Position numbers and translations under genes: made by a program. Source: Girardia tigrina (lineage: Eukaryota). Taken from it: DNA of 53,039 nt. Of the stretch, positions 1 through 12,531 are shown piece by piece (the stretch's first letter is position 1; every line of letters begins with the position of its first letter). The stretch is taken from contig MQRK01219226.1 of NCBI GenBank assembly GCA_001938485.1, forward strand, positions 1 to 53,039, written 5' to 3'. The notes beneath the pieces are model-generated. The model was not told where the DNA came from. It saw only the letters and a program-made list of their open reading frames with translations, and made no database searches.

Positions 1-150
1 TGCCATGGTAACCGCGACCGTTGCCATGGTAACCGCGACCGTTGCTATGGTAATCGGGTCGGTTGCCATGGTAACCACGATAACCCATGTCGTTGCCATG
101 GTTACGGCCAGGGGGGGGGTGGTCGACAGAATGCCCATTTTTACACTACT
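1..150. mobile_element. Maverick/Polinton terminal inverted repeat (element end), with 21-bp tandem subrepeats
   Basis: GC-rich tandem GTTGCCATGGTAACCGCGACC units and a G-tract, ending ...TTTTACACTACT at 150 (reverse complement AGTAGT..., the canonical Polinton terminus). Composition switches to AT-rich DNA afterwards. Confidence 0.7.
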
Positions 151-1289
151 TTAACCAGTTTGAATACATCATGTAAACCTAAATAGCAAAACTTTTAATT
201 GAAAGGATGTTCATGCAGTCGGTCATCACTTTTAGTTTGGACGGCCGCGAGTTGAGCGCCGTTGTGTCAATTTATATTTTTTAAAAAATTGAATTATTCA
301 AAAAGAATGACTGTATCGTTGGACAGAATTGGGGTAGACCCAAATTACTTGAGGTATAAAATATCTATTTCGAAGCATAAAAATAATATAAAACTTGCTT
401 GAGCAAACGCCAAGGGAAATGGCCTCCGGTCTTGCTGACAACTGATAAAAAACTGTCAAATAAAAAATTTAGAAATAAACTTTTATCAAATAAAATTGAT
501 TTCATTAATTAATTTTTTTAATAAATTTCATTTTTTCTTCGATTTTATCTTTTTTAAACTGTCAAAATTATCGGAAAAAATATTTACACCTGTTAAATAA
601 TTATTTATTAAAAATATAATTAATTACTTATATTTATTTTAATTGACAAAGTATTTTATTGTTTTTGAAATATGTTGACATAAATAAAAATCTTTTTGGA
701 AGAGATTTTTTACTAATAAAATATAAATTAAAAAAAATAAAATAACAAAATTTTCTTTGGTGATTGTTGAAATCAAATAGGAAAAATAAATATGTTCCAA
801 AAAATGTATCCGGAAAAAATGTTTGCTCTCCCAACAAATGCGATTGTCAAACACGTTCTTGTCCAAATATATTTTCGCGGTAGTAGCAGAAGCGTTGTTG
901 GCAGAGGAAATACGAAAGAAAACTCAAGACTGCTTTTTCGAAACTTGCTCATATTAAAATTTGTTTAATTTAAGTATATTTTTTGAAACAAATGTTACTT
1001 ACGTAAGGTCGATGCTACTTCCTCGGAAGGACGAAGGGTCCCGAAGATACGAAAGCTGACAGAAATATAAGAATGTAATATACAAGAATCCATGATAAAG
1101 ATTGGAATGTATAAAGAAGGAGATGTGTATTAGCAGGTTACCTAGTGCGGCCCATATGTCTTAAGTCTCAACAAAAATTAAGAAAAGGGAAACGAAACTA
1201 CTATAAAACAGAGTCTAATGACTCTAAAAATTTTCGTAAGTGACGTTTGAGGTTTATAAGCAGTCAAACCAAAATATTCTTAACTTTTT

Positions 1290-1720
1290 CTTTCTGCAAA
1301 AGTGAAATGGTGACCCATAAAACTCTTTTCGAGGCTGCTAAAAAGATAAAATTCCCTGGAAGCCAAATTCTGACAACATGGTAGATGTGGCAACAGTTAG
1401 AAGTCCTGTTTTAATGTGGCACCACAGTCACCTATTTCCCCAAACAGAAATTTGGAGAAAACCTCAAAGAAGTTTGCATAATCAAAAAATCTTTAAGTAG
1501 GACATAAGTAGAACCTTCACTATTGTTTAGGAGTTTTCTCTCTTTTGTGATTATTTTCTTACCTAATTTCCGCTTTTCCTCTAAAATTCTTATTAGTCTT
1601 TCATTTCTTTTTAAGTCGAAAACAGATTGTCCCGAATTCTTTTGTAAATGGTCTCACATGATAGACAATGATGTCCCAAGACGTATTGCAATTGTTTTAG
1701 AATTTTTCGCTATCAATCTT
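1290..1720 (-). mobile_element. Degenerate mariner transposase remnant
   Basis: LLPHLPCCQNLASREFYLFSSL resembles LPHPPYSPDLAPSDFYLF; upstream HTH-like SKTIAIRLGTSLS. Confidence 0.6.
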
Positions 1721-3973
1721 TTTTAGAAGAAAGAAAAGTTTCTTGAAGGTACTTTTGATCATGTAAATGTTCCTAAAGAAGGAACTAGAAACATTTCTGT
1801 TCTTCCTACCATGAATATACATTCAATGATTTATGATCAAATTCATGACAAGGCATTAAATGGTGCAGATTTTAAGGCCGAATTTATTGAACTGAAAAGT
1901 CTTCCTCAAAAAAAAGGAATAATGACAGAATACATCTATTAGGTTCATGATTAAAATTCGAAGTCATAATTTTGTAAACTTTATTTCTACCACAATTTTC
2001 ATTATTGAAACAAATTTATGAGGAACAATATTTTAATTACATAATCCAGGTCTCAAAATTCTAAATATAAATAATAATATCGATAAATATATAAATATGT
2101 TATTTTATTCAATTTTGATTTTTTTTATTTTTAATCATTCAATTATAAATTATTTCTTTTTAATTTGTTTTTTAATAAAATTGCAAAAATAACTTACAAA
2201 TTTAAAATATAAAAATATTTAGCAATATTTAAATTTATTATTATTTAATAGAGATTCATTAATTATAAAATTTTTAATATATATATANNNNNNNNNNNNN
2301 NNNNNNNNNNNNNNNNNNNNNNNNNNNNNNNNNNNNNATATATATATCTATATTTTATCTAATATTTATGGAATTTTAATTTGCAGAATTTCCAACTTTA
2401 AATTATCTTGTTTTTATTACATCTCTCACAACAAAAATTTTAACAAAAAATTCTTCCGAATAACTCTTAAAATAAATGCTAAACAATTAAAAATCAATTA
2501 TTTATGAAATTAACTTTTTTAAAATTAATTAAGATTTTTTTTACTAATAACTGTTTAAAACTTTTGAATTTATTTTAGAGATTATTTATAACAATTAATT
2601 ATTTCCAAAAATTTAAAGAATGAGCTTGTTCTTTTTTTTAAGAATTTAAAAGGTTTTTATTTTAAAGAATTATTTCATTTTAATTAATCGAACATTATTT
2701 TTAATTTACTTAAAATACAAATATGATTTTTAAAAAATATCAAAAATTTAAAGTTCATCAAAAAAACCCCAACAACATCATTATTCTGGATTAATAGAAG
2801 TTGTTGAGGATCATTTTGGTCCTCAATGATTTGTTAAAAGTGACTTTTCCTTAAAATCGTAATTTTCTTTCGGTAAATAATTGTCTTGTCTTCTCAACAC
2901 AGTAAACCCGCACTTCCGCGGTTGCGGTTCGTAAAATTCTTTATTTCTATTCCATTGGGCCATAATTTATCTTGAACTAAGAAAAAATCCGTTTAAAAAT
3001 CCAAAAAAAACGTTTTAATATTCCAACAAATTACAAATGCATTTCAACAATTAAACTTAATTAATCATTTAAAAAATCAATTTTAATTTATTATAGGATT
3101 AAAATCCAATATACAAGAGTCGGTCACCACAGAAGTAATAAATAACCTTAATTTAACTATTTTGTTCACAATTGTGATAGAAACGAAGAAGAAAAGAAGA
3201 GTTGATTGAAGGAGAATTTCCGGAAATTAATGCATCTGATTGTTATGTGTATTTTAGGAAGATGCTCAACTGTCTTTAAAACGGAAAAGAAATAAAAAAA
3301 TTCTTGAATAAATTTTTTGTATTTATTAACAGCATCACAATTTGAATGCAAACATTTATTTACAACACAAACAGATTCTTCACAACAATTTTCATTGGTC
3401 ATCTTGCTTTGATTGATTTAGTTTTCTTGTTAATATATTCAAATCTAAAAAACAACGAATGGGAAAGATTAATAATAAATTTTAATTTCTCATAATTTTT
3501 ATTGGATAAAAGTCATTACATAATTTTTTAAATAAACATTAATTTTTAAAATAAGTTACATTTAATAAGTTAAAATCATTTACTGAAAATATTATTAAAA
3601 TTCATAATTACAAACTTTAATTAATTAGTACTTAAAATTAATATCATTAAATTTATTTCATTAGATTCAAATAATCAATCAATAAAATATCAATCCCATC
3701 TGAGTAGGGAGTAACAAATCTAAACAGCATACAAACAACAAACTTACAACATTCCAAATTATCCCTCACAGTGTTAAAAATATTTTTTTGTAAATTTGTG
3801 TTTATATTTTATTCATTTCACTTAAAAAATTTCAATTACATCATTGGATAATTGATTGCTAAAATTAGAAAATTAATGAGCACTCCAAAATATTTCATCG
3901 CCAAGCAGTTAAGCAATACACAATTATTTATTTGATAAGATTGACTGTCTGAATCACATAAGCCACAAGGGAC

Positions 3974-4397
3974 CTATTCCATGAACCTAGTCATAAGATC
4001 CGGCGAGATTGTACCTGGGGCACTGGCATCATCGCTAAGAGGATTATTTATATTTCTACCATTCCAATATCCGAAGGGATTGTTTCCAAATTTTAATGAC
4101 AATTGAAGTATTTGATAAATCTCAGGTCGTAATAATCTGACTATTATTATTATTGTATCAATATTAATTGTATTATTATTATATAAATACATTTTCTTTT
4201 TTTTCGCCAAATTCTCTTTTCTGTATTGAAATAAATAAATAAATTCGTCTTGTAGAAATTATCTCCTGAGAGGGGAAGGCGAACATCACGGGGTTCATCA
4301 AATACATTAATTAAATTCATCCTCAACAACATCAAAGTAGCGAATTAATTATCTTTTAATCTCACATTTTTAAGAAAAAGATCATTTTAGAAAACAT
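3974..4397 (-). CDS. Putative 109-aa orphan spliced gene (exons 4397-4366, 4321-4191, 4140-3974)
   Basis: Two GT-AG introns (44 and 50 nt) join in phase: MFSKMIFFLKMMNLINVFDEPRDVRLPLSGDNFYK..RKKRKFRLLRPEIYQ..FGYWNGRNINNP..MTRFME*. No recognisable domain; may lack upstream exons. Confidence 0.4.
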
Positions 4398-5132
4398 GTA
4401 ATTTTCTGAAAGAAATAAATTAAAGAAATATATATATAATTATTTTTATGGATAAAAATAATTTATATTATTTAAATTAGCCGTTATTTGTTGGTAAATA
4501 GTCGACCAAATAAAGCGGAATACATGAAGGATGTCCCTAGGGGGGAGGAATCTCATCCTGCCACAACAAATATTTCCGAAATTGACTAAATAAAATTTTT
4601 AAATTGTACTTTCAGTTTATTAACAACATCAATATGAGATTTACAACATTTATTAATATCACAAGCGCATTCACTATTTGTCATTTTTCTTGATCGATAT
4701 ATTTCTGAGTTCAAACTAATTATTTTCAATAAATGAAAATCTGTTAATAAAAATTATTAATTATAAAGAATCTAATTGGTTGTAATTAAATCTAAACATT
4801 TTTTAAAAAAAGAACATATTAAATTAATATATTAAAATTTTAAATTACATTAAAAATAAATAATACATTCAAAAATTATTTTAAATCTTTTTACTTTAAA
4901 ATTGAATTAAATTATTTTTAATTAGTAAGAATCAAAAAAAATATCAATCTGTGCAGGAGAGGCACAATCCGAATTAACATTCTACATGCACAATATCAAC
5001 ACACAATTCAAAAAATTCCTCACACAGTTGGTTACCAGTTGATAATATTTTTGGGACTTCGAATGTTCGGTACAGTCTCCCGGTTGACCTAGAGACTGGC
5101 CGATGATAGCAGAGTCATGACTGAATTTGCAG

Positions 5133-5540
5133 CTAATGTTCCCTATTTCTTTTTTTATCTCGCCAATATGGTGTCATCTTCTTAGATGACATTGTTAAAA
5201 TCCGTGTTTTAATTTTGTGATTCTTAGTTTCCTCTTGTTCCATTAAATATTTACTACATGTTCCACAATTGTTTCTTGATAACATGTCGACGTTTCCATG
5301 CAAGGTACCTTTCATACATTGAATGTCGATATCCAAGCTGCTTAAATAGTTTAATGACGTCTGAAACTGCGTCGTTATTGATTTTTTTTCAACATAAATG
5401 CTATAGCTTTGTGATCTGTTCTCAAGACAAATCTTTTTCTAAATAAGTAGTGTTTGAAATGGTCACAGAAATAGTGTTCTTTACTGGTAATGCAATTTCC
5501 TTTTTCATAGATGTTCACTGCTTTTGAGTCATATGTAATT
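5133..5540 (-). mobile_element. Ty3/gypsy RNase H remnant, same family as 30415-31975
   Basis: YFCDHFKHYLFRKRFVLRTDHKAI..YLSSLDIDIQ..KG..HGNVDMLSR..CGTC..KIKTRI; frameshifted. Confidence 0.85.
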
Positions 5541-5894
5541 TGTAGTTTGTGCTCCACCAATTTTAAATTATATTAGTTGTTCATTGACATTTTTTTATTT
5601 TAAATCGTTGACAAAAATTCAGATCATTTTCCAAATAATCAAAATTCCAGTCAAAAAGATAATCATTTAATTGCATTTCAAAACAATTTAGTACAATAAC
5701 ACAACTTTACATTTTTTCACTTAAATTTTTTTTCTGAGACTACTTGAGGTGTAGAATCGTTTATCGTTTTTTCCATCACGTCCAGTTTCATAGATAAAAA
5801 CTAATATTGTTTTCTGTAAATGTATCCCTTAAGTGTCAAGCAAAAACTGGAATATCAAGATTGCAATATTCATTATAATATAAAATCCATCATA

Positions 5895-6200
5895 TTTCAA
5901 GTAAGGAGCAAGTTTCCTATCATATGTTCATTTGCTGGATCCATAATCCGATTTTCGATGATACTGAGCGTCTTGTGAAATCACTCACCATGTTCGCTAC
6001 TAATATTTCCCAAGTTTGAAGAGAAAAAATCAAGATGGTATCTCAAGAAGGGAATCTTCAATGACATATTTACACCCATGACTTTGAAGGTAACAAGCAT
6101 CTCGTTGATAACATCATTGTAATCATTTGACCGGTGTCGGCATTTAACGGGTGTCAACGTAGTAAAAGTTGAGAATCTTGTTCATAATGTTTAATAAATT
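5895..6200 (-). mobile_element. Chapaev-type (CMC) transposase remnant
   Basis: VMGVNMSLKIPFLRYHLDFFSSNLGNISSEHGE*FH resembles the family motif GCNMSLKIHFLHSHLDFFPENLGAVSDEHGERFH. Confidence 0.75.
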
Positions 6201-6272
6201 CATTATATTAATTTGGGAAACCTCCCAAAAAAATTTTCTATTCAAGTATGAGTTTAAAGATTATGAGCATCT

Positions 6273-7133
6273 TTGAATAAGACATTCCAAAATGTGCGCT
6301 TGATACCATTGGAATATGCTCGTGCTCCTGCGGCTCAACTTACGCCTTCGAAGACATTTCAAGTTGAATGCTTCAATCTGGTGATTGATAGCTATGTGTC
6401 TGCTTTGAAACACAGACTTTCTGCTTATGACAATGTGTCATCTCTGTTTGGCTTCCTATCGAATTTTGCACAGATTGAACATCAAGGGCTCAAACAAGNA
6501 GGAGATACGCTTGCAAACGCATACCCAAATGACTTGGAATCATGCCTTGGGGATGAAATGGTCCAATTTCAAGAGTTTCTCAAGGTGTTTGAAGGTGAAA
6601 AGAAAGTGGAAGAGAGCTTCGCGTAATTTATGTACACTCTCATTTTTCAAAAAAATGTTCAAGATGAATTTCCAAATTTGGAAATAGCCCTCCGTCTTTA
6701 CCTTGTTATGATGGTTACAAATTGTTCTGCTGAGCGTTCATTTTCCAAATGAAAATAATTAAAAACAGACTGCGTACCTCCATGCTTCAAGACAGGCTCA
6801 CTAACCTAACACTCATGAGCATTGAGAGTGACATTTTGAAAGACATAGACTTCAGTGACATTATCCGTGATTTTTCCACTAGCAAATCCCGCAGAGTTCC
6901 TTTGGTAATGAACATTTCATGATTTCCACATGCTTTACTGTGCTGTATGAATGTACTATGAATCTATCACAATATACTTTGTATCTGTGTTATTCACATC
7001 TGCGTAATCTGAGCATTGTGAGTGGGCATCGCAGTATACAGAAGTGCTTTTTTTGAAAATAATCAATCTGAGTTTGCAAGGGCCCCCACAAATATTTTCC
7101 GCCATGGGCCCCCAGTGTGTAAATACGGCCCTG
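6273..7133 (+). mobile_element. hAT transposon 3' part (ZMYM1-like dimerisation domain) with right TIR
   Basis: FPNLEIALRLYLVMMVTNCSAERSFSK..KNRLRTSMLQDRL..L.LMSIE; ends ..GGGCCCC..AAATACGGCCCTG at 7133. Confidence 0.88.
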
Positions 7134-9079
7134 ATGTGGACATAATGTGACATTTCTCCAGATTTATTTTAAGACCTGACTCTTCGATCTCCGGAAATTT
7201 ACATTAATTATCTCAATTTGGTGAGTTGCTACCGAAAGAAGAAATCAATATTCGAATACGAAAACTTTTTATGGTCATTATCATATTTTATTTATATTTT
7301 TAGGCAAATAAGATGAAACTTCTTGAAATTTATTTTAAATCATTAGTGTTATATGTTGTGGCCACATCACTCCGTTGAAGACAAAAATCCATCACACACT
7401 TGTCCAAATTTTATATTATCCAAATTACAAATTATACCACTTTTCAAATTTCGCCATTTTTAGTCTGAATATTTAAACAACTTGTATTAAATTGTTTTTT
7501 CTGAGAAACTTTTTCGTTTAAATTTTATTGACTTTAAATCGGAATGATTCTTTTTTTAATTTTACTATTTAATTTAATTTCGTTTTTGTGAATTTATGTT
7601 TTCCCCAAATTCTCTGATTATTTTTCAGTTTTTATTTATTTTTTGTTATTTTGAATTCTTTTTAATAAAAAATTTCAAATGACTTTTACTTCCAACTTCT
7701 AAGAGACAACAGAAATGCTTATACATATATAAAGATATCAGAAATATATAATGATTTCAGAAGTATATAAAATCAATTATAAAATCCATGGATGAAAATA
7801 ACAACAATAAAGAGCACAACGGGACCAAAATCCTTTCAAGAAAAAAAGGAAAATAATTATTTGATCAGGAGGATGATACACAAAGCATCACTTGGGCTGC
7901 AGAACTAGTTTTAGATATTTAATGTTGTTAGTAATCTGTATAAAAAACCCGGAAGCTCACCAGGAGACTTTACTCCCTATACAATAAGGTAAGACAAATT
8001 ATCCCTGAGGACAATTCAATTACGCAGAATGGGTTTAAAAATCTGCTCTTTGGATCGGGAATTTCTATTACGATTATCTTGATCAAAAATAAACCATAGA
8101 TTAAAATTGTATTTATGATGGCAAGAATAAAGTCTAAAAACGTAACCACTCGTTCAGCATCTTCTATCCCGACCCCTTTGATGACATCGGACCACGCTTG
8201 GTAGATGCGGTGTCAAGTTTTATGTAAGTTGGTCTTTATTTTTATCACTAATTACCGATAGAAATGTACAAAATAAATATAAAATAAATAAATAAATAAA
8301 TTTTCTCCAAAATGAATAAATTTTTATTTGATAAAAATGTTTCATATTCAAATATATTTTTAGGTTTTAATATAAAAAACATATTTCAACTACTGTTTAT
8401 TTCTGAGTAGAAACCAATAAATTAAAAATTAATTAATTAATTAATGACACGATTGAAACAGTTATTTCAGATAAAATAATCAATATTTAATTAATTAAAA
8501 CAAATAATTGTCTCTTTCTTCGAGTAAAACCGATTCGGCGTCTTCGAATTTCGCCATTTTCTGTAGAATACAATAATATTTAAATTAATAAAAATGATTT
8601 CAATAATTTAATTAATTAACATTTTAAAAGATTTCATTATTAATTTATTGTATTTATTATTTATTTGATTATTTTTATTGAATGAAATTAGACGTCTTCA
8701 ATTTTGTAAAATTAATACAAAAAATCCTTCACATATTATAATAATAAATTAAAAAATAAAAATTAATTAATTAAAAATAACACGTAATGAGTATTAATAT
8801 TTGTTTATTTTTAATTAATTTAAATTTTCTTATTACAATAATTTTTTGTAATAAAATAAATATATTTTAAACATATTATTTTTTGTCGACCGCATCGCAA
8901 AGACGCCTCTTAGTGGCGAAATTTACGATTATTCGACACTTAGAATTCTTTTGTCTCTTGGCGAACAAGAAGAAGTTTCGGTTAGGAAGAATCTGAAAGT
9001 GCTCTACGAGAACGACACTTCCGCAGAGTTTCCACCCTCATCAGGAGTAATTAACAGCAATAGTCATATTTTATATATT

Positions 9080-9420
9080 AAAATGAATATTATATAATCT
9101 GTATATGTAACCATTGATTAAATATCGAATTATGGAGGTAATGAACAAAGACGTAATGAAAGACCTTCTTCAATTTTCGGTCAAAAATGTACGATTTCCT
9201 TTTAACGATGAAAGGTACCAAATTCATTAGCTCTTCCTGCAAGTACGATGAAGGGCTGCAAAAGAATTGAATTTTGAAATCATACAAATGGGAATCAACT
9301 GAAATGACTGACTGAACAATATTCTGAAGGAATTGCGACATCACTTAACTCTAGCAGTATAATAAATCATTCCATCAATGCCAAATAATCAGTTACAAAC
9401 AAAGTAAATTTTTTTTCAAA
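9080..9420 (+). mobile_element. Penelope-like RT/endonuclease remnant
   Basis: MNKDVMKDLLQFSVKNVRFPFNDERYQ resembles LL....N..F.FN...YQ; SSIINH-like motif follows. Highly decayed. Confidence 0.45.
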
Positions 9421-12408
9421 TGCTCTTCCTTCATCAGAATATCTACACATTAAGGTTATAACTTTTTAAATCTGTTTTCCTATGGCGTCAAATGATGAAC
9501 TTTAACCAATCTATGACAAATATATTTTTATATTTTCATCACCGTTTCAAACAATGGTGCGCCAAGCACTGCATGGATACTACGCAAAACTTCTATTTGT
9601 CAAAATGTTCGTTTTTTACATATTTTCAATATAATTACGATAGCGTGTGTGTTTACGTGTGTACATTTGTGTCAATAAATTTCAGATGAAGATATTTTCA
9701 CTTTTACAGGCCATATAAATGTTTTCCATGGTCTACACAGCTCTTTCAGTTACAAAATTTGATCACAAGATATCAATAACCAAAGGTTACTCAGTGCATT
9801 TTAAAGCTTTTTGTCGTCTTTTAACAACTCACTTTGGATGTAGCTGATAGTAGATTATCATATACATGAGCATTGAAATATTGGTTGGAAAACCACGTTG
9901 AGGCCCAAACAGTAGATATAAAGCGGCAGAGAATATTTAACTGATCACGATACTGATAAAAAAGGAAATATTCAAGAAGAGGGAAATTTTTGCTATTTAA
10001 TGATGAGTAACATGCCGCAAGCCTTATGAAATTTAAAAGCTTCGCCCATTTCAAACAGAAATTTGAAATCATCTCGCCAACCAATGTTGTGAATAGCAGG
10101 AACGGTAGCTCCACCAGTGTACGACTTCTGAAATATTTTATAATTCATAACAATTTTTTCAACAAATCATAGTTCATGTTCGGCTTTTGTGGCTTTGATG
10201 GTACAAAAATGTCAAGTAAATCTCAAGTAAGTAAGAATTAGGTCAAAAATATAGTTTTGTCAAAAAAAACCTTAAAAGTATATTCAAAATACAAAAATTC
10301 CATCAAAGGTAAACACATGAGTACAAAAATTAAGCAAAAATGGTATTTTCTCATAACCCTACTGTACATATATATATATATGTTGCGATTCTTCTTCTTC
10401 TTATTCTTTTTAATGTTATTCGAATAAATATTTGATAAAGGAAGTTTTCAACAGTGAAAAGTGATTGTCGTGAGATGTTATTTTTAAGACTGAAAATAAA
10501 TCGAAATGGATGTAATAAATCGAAACAATGTTTCCGACATTTCTTGATTTTTTATCGTATTTAGTGATTGCAAATTGAGAAGGTACTCCTGAGCAAACCT
10601 TATTTAAGATCAAATCTACTAAATGCTTAAGAAATTATGGAAATGAATACTAAAAACGTTAAAACGAACCCAGCCAATAATTGGCGATTGGCGCTGGATC
10701 TGAAATACAAGGCTTAAATTTTATTTTTTAAAAAATATTTATACGAGCCAAAATGGTTAGATGAGCGATAGTTGCATTTGAAAGAGGGTCAAAATTTATA
10801 TTTAGAAATTTGACTCTTGAAGATGCTCTATGAAATTTATAAAGGACTTATTTCTACATTGCCACTATGTTTCTTTAAAACGATTTCAATATATCAAAGC
10901 TCAAATGCCTCTAAATTATCAAAGTTTACGAATCCTTTGTGGACGTGACTGTTCCGGATTGTAAAAAAAATATTTTAAAAATTTAATTTGAATTTTACGA
11001 AAAAAATGAATTAATTATGGATTGATTGAAAAGTTTTGTAAAAAATGTGTTAATATTCAAAATTTGTTTAAATGATCTATTTAAGTTAAAAATGAAATTG
11101 AAAATCGTGTGATAATTGAAAGTGAACTTTGAAATTTGAGAATTGTTATCGTGAATGGACAAACAATTTTGAAAAATAAAGAGATATTTTCCATGTATTA
11201 ATTTCGATTGATAATTGAATTTTGTCTAGAAGTTCGTTCGTGTCATAATTTGAAATATCAATTCGTTTCTAATGCTCTGTTGCCCTCCGAAATACGCCTA
11301 GACTTTCATTCGCAATCGATCTGAAATTGAAATACGTCCAGATTGCTTTGTAAAGCACCGAATCGAATTTCTAGACGACGATCACTGGATATTTGAGCGA
11401 ACATTGACTATGAAATGTTAATTAAATTTCGTGACGATCAATTAATAGAAATCATTTTCGAATTGACCAAATTAATTACATTTGACAATTCCATAGAGGA
11501 TACTGATCATATCTGTTGTGTAATAATAATTTTATTCACCATGTGAATTGTCGAAGTTTGACATTTATTTTCTTTTCCGGTTTTATTAATAAATGCGAAA
11601 TCAAAAAGCGTTTTCATTAATAAAAATTTATTTAATAATCTACAGATTTTCAATTTCAAATTTTGCGCTTCTTTTACAAGTAAATTTGAAATATTTAAAC
11701 AACACACATTTATTATAAAATATACATTAAATAAAAATACAATTAATATATACACTGAGAGAGTCATAAACACATCCGAGCATCATGCCAAAGTTACACG
11801 AATTAAATCAGCAACAATCCTAATTTACAAATCATCCTTACACACCAAATTCGACCAAGATAAAGCATGTTTAACGACATTTAAATCTTTGAATTGATCA
11901 AATCCATTTTCATATCGTGTTTGAACACCGACTGCGATGTATAATGTTCATTTAACAATTCACAATCAGTTTGATTAACTTGATCAAAATGAATAACAAA
12001 TGAGCCCAGCAGAAAACTGACGAGATAATAACAATAATTCGACTATTCAAAAAGGAAGATAAACGCAAAAATACTGAAATAAATCAAGCTTCTTTCAGGG
12101 ATGAGAAGGGTTTGAAGGGGTCAAGTTGGTCGAGTGTTATTTGGATAAACAAATTCATAAAAAGAAATAGGAAAAGTTTCAACTTAAAAAGACAAAATAG
12201 TTTTCCTACTCGCCAAAAATTGTGATAATTAAAACAAAATAACAGTTGAATAAGCGAGTTTAATTATGAGTTTATAAAAATAAGTTTCATTAAAACAATC
12301 GAAAAAGATAATTGATGAAATTTTCTTGAAATATTATATTTTCCTTTGAAATAAAACTGCTTCTAAAAATTAATGACGAACTTTTCGACGATAAATAACT
12401 TTGCATAA

Positions 12409-12531
12409 TTAATTCTCTCGACATTCTCTTTCATCCGTGGCAATTAAATACGTTAAATATGCTCTCATGAAATCTTCTTTCCCCCTCCGTCTTTCCGAGA
12501 AAGAATCCGACGTTTTAGATATTAAATAATC
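12409..12531 (-). CDS. Candidate terminal bestrophin exon (DYLISKTSDSFSERRRGKEDFMRAYLTYLIATDERECREN*)
   Basis: Phase-0 AG acceptor matches the exon-10 donor; coding-like composition and a TAA stop. The acceptor is weak and the link is inferred only. Confidence 0.3.
   Translation of the reverse strand, partial: DYLISKTSDSFSERRRGKEDFMRAYLTYLIATDERECREN

Noticed and set aside
1-110. CRISPR-like repeat array
   Set aside because: Units are contiguous 21-mers without unique 25-45 nt spacers; eukaryotic context and no cas genes.
1726-1942. Exon-like frame KKEKFLEG..ADFKAEFIELKSLPQ resembling a receptor PTP juxtamembrane segment
   Set aside because: Similarity is weak, the frame ends in a stop and no downstream PTP exons were found.
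7700-8225. Possible non-standard genetic code suggested by stop-interrupted frames
   Set aside because: Bestrophin, RING and protease CDSs read cleanly in the standard code; the interrupted frames are simply decayed.
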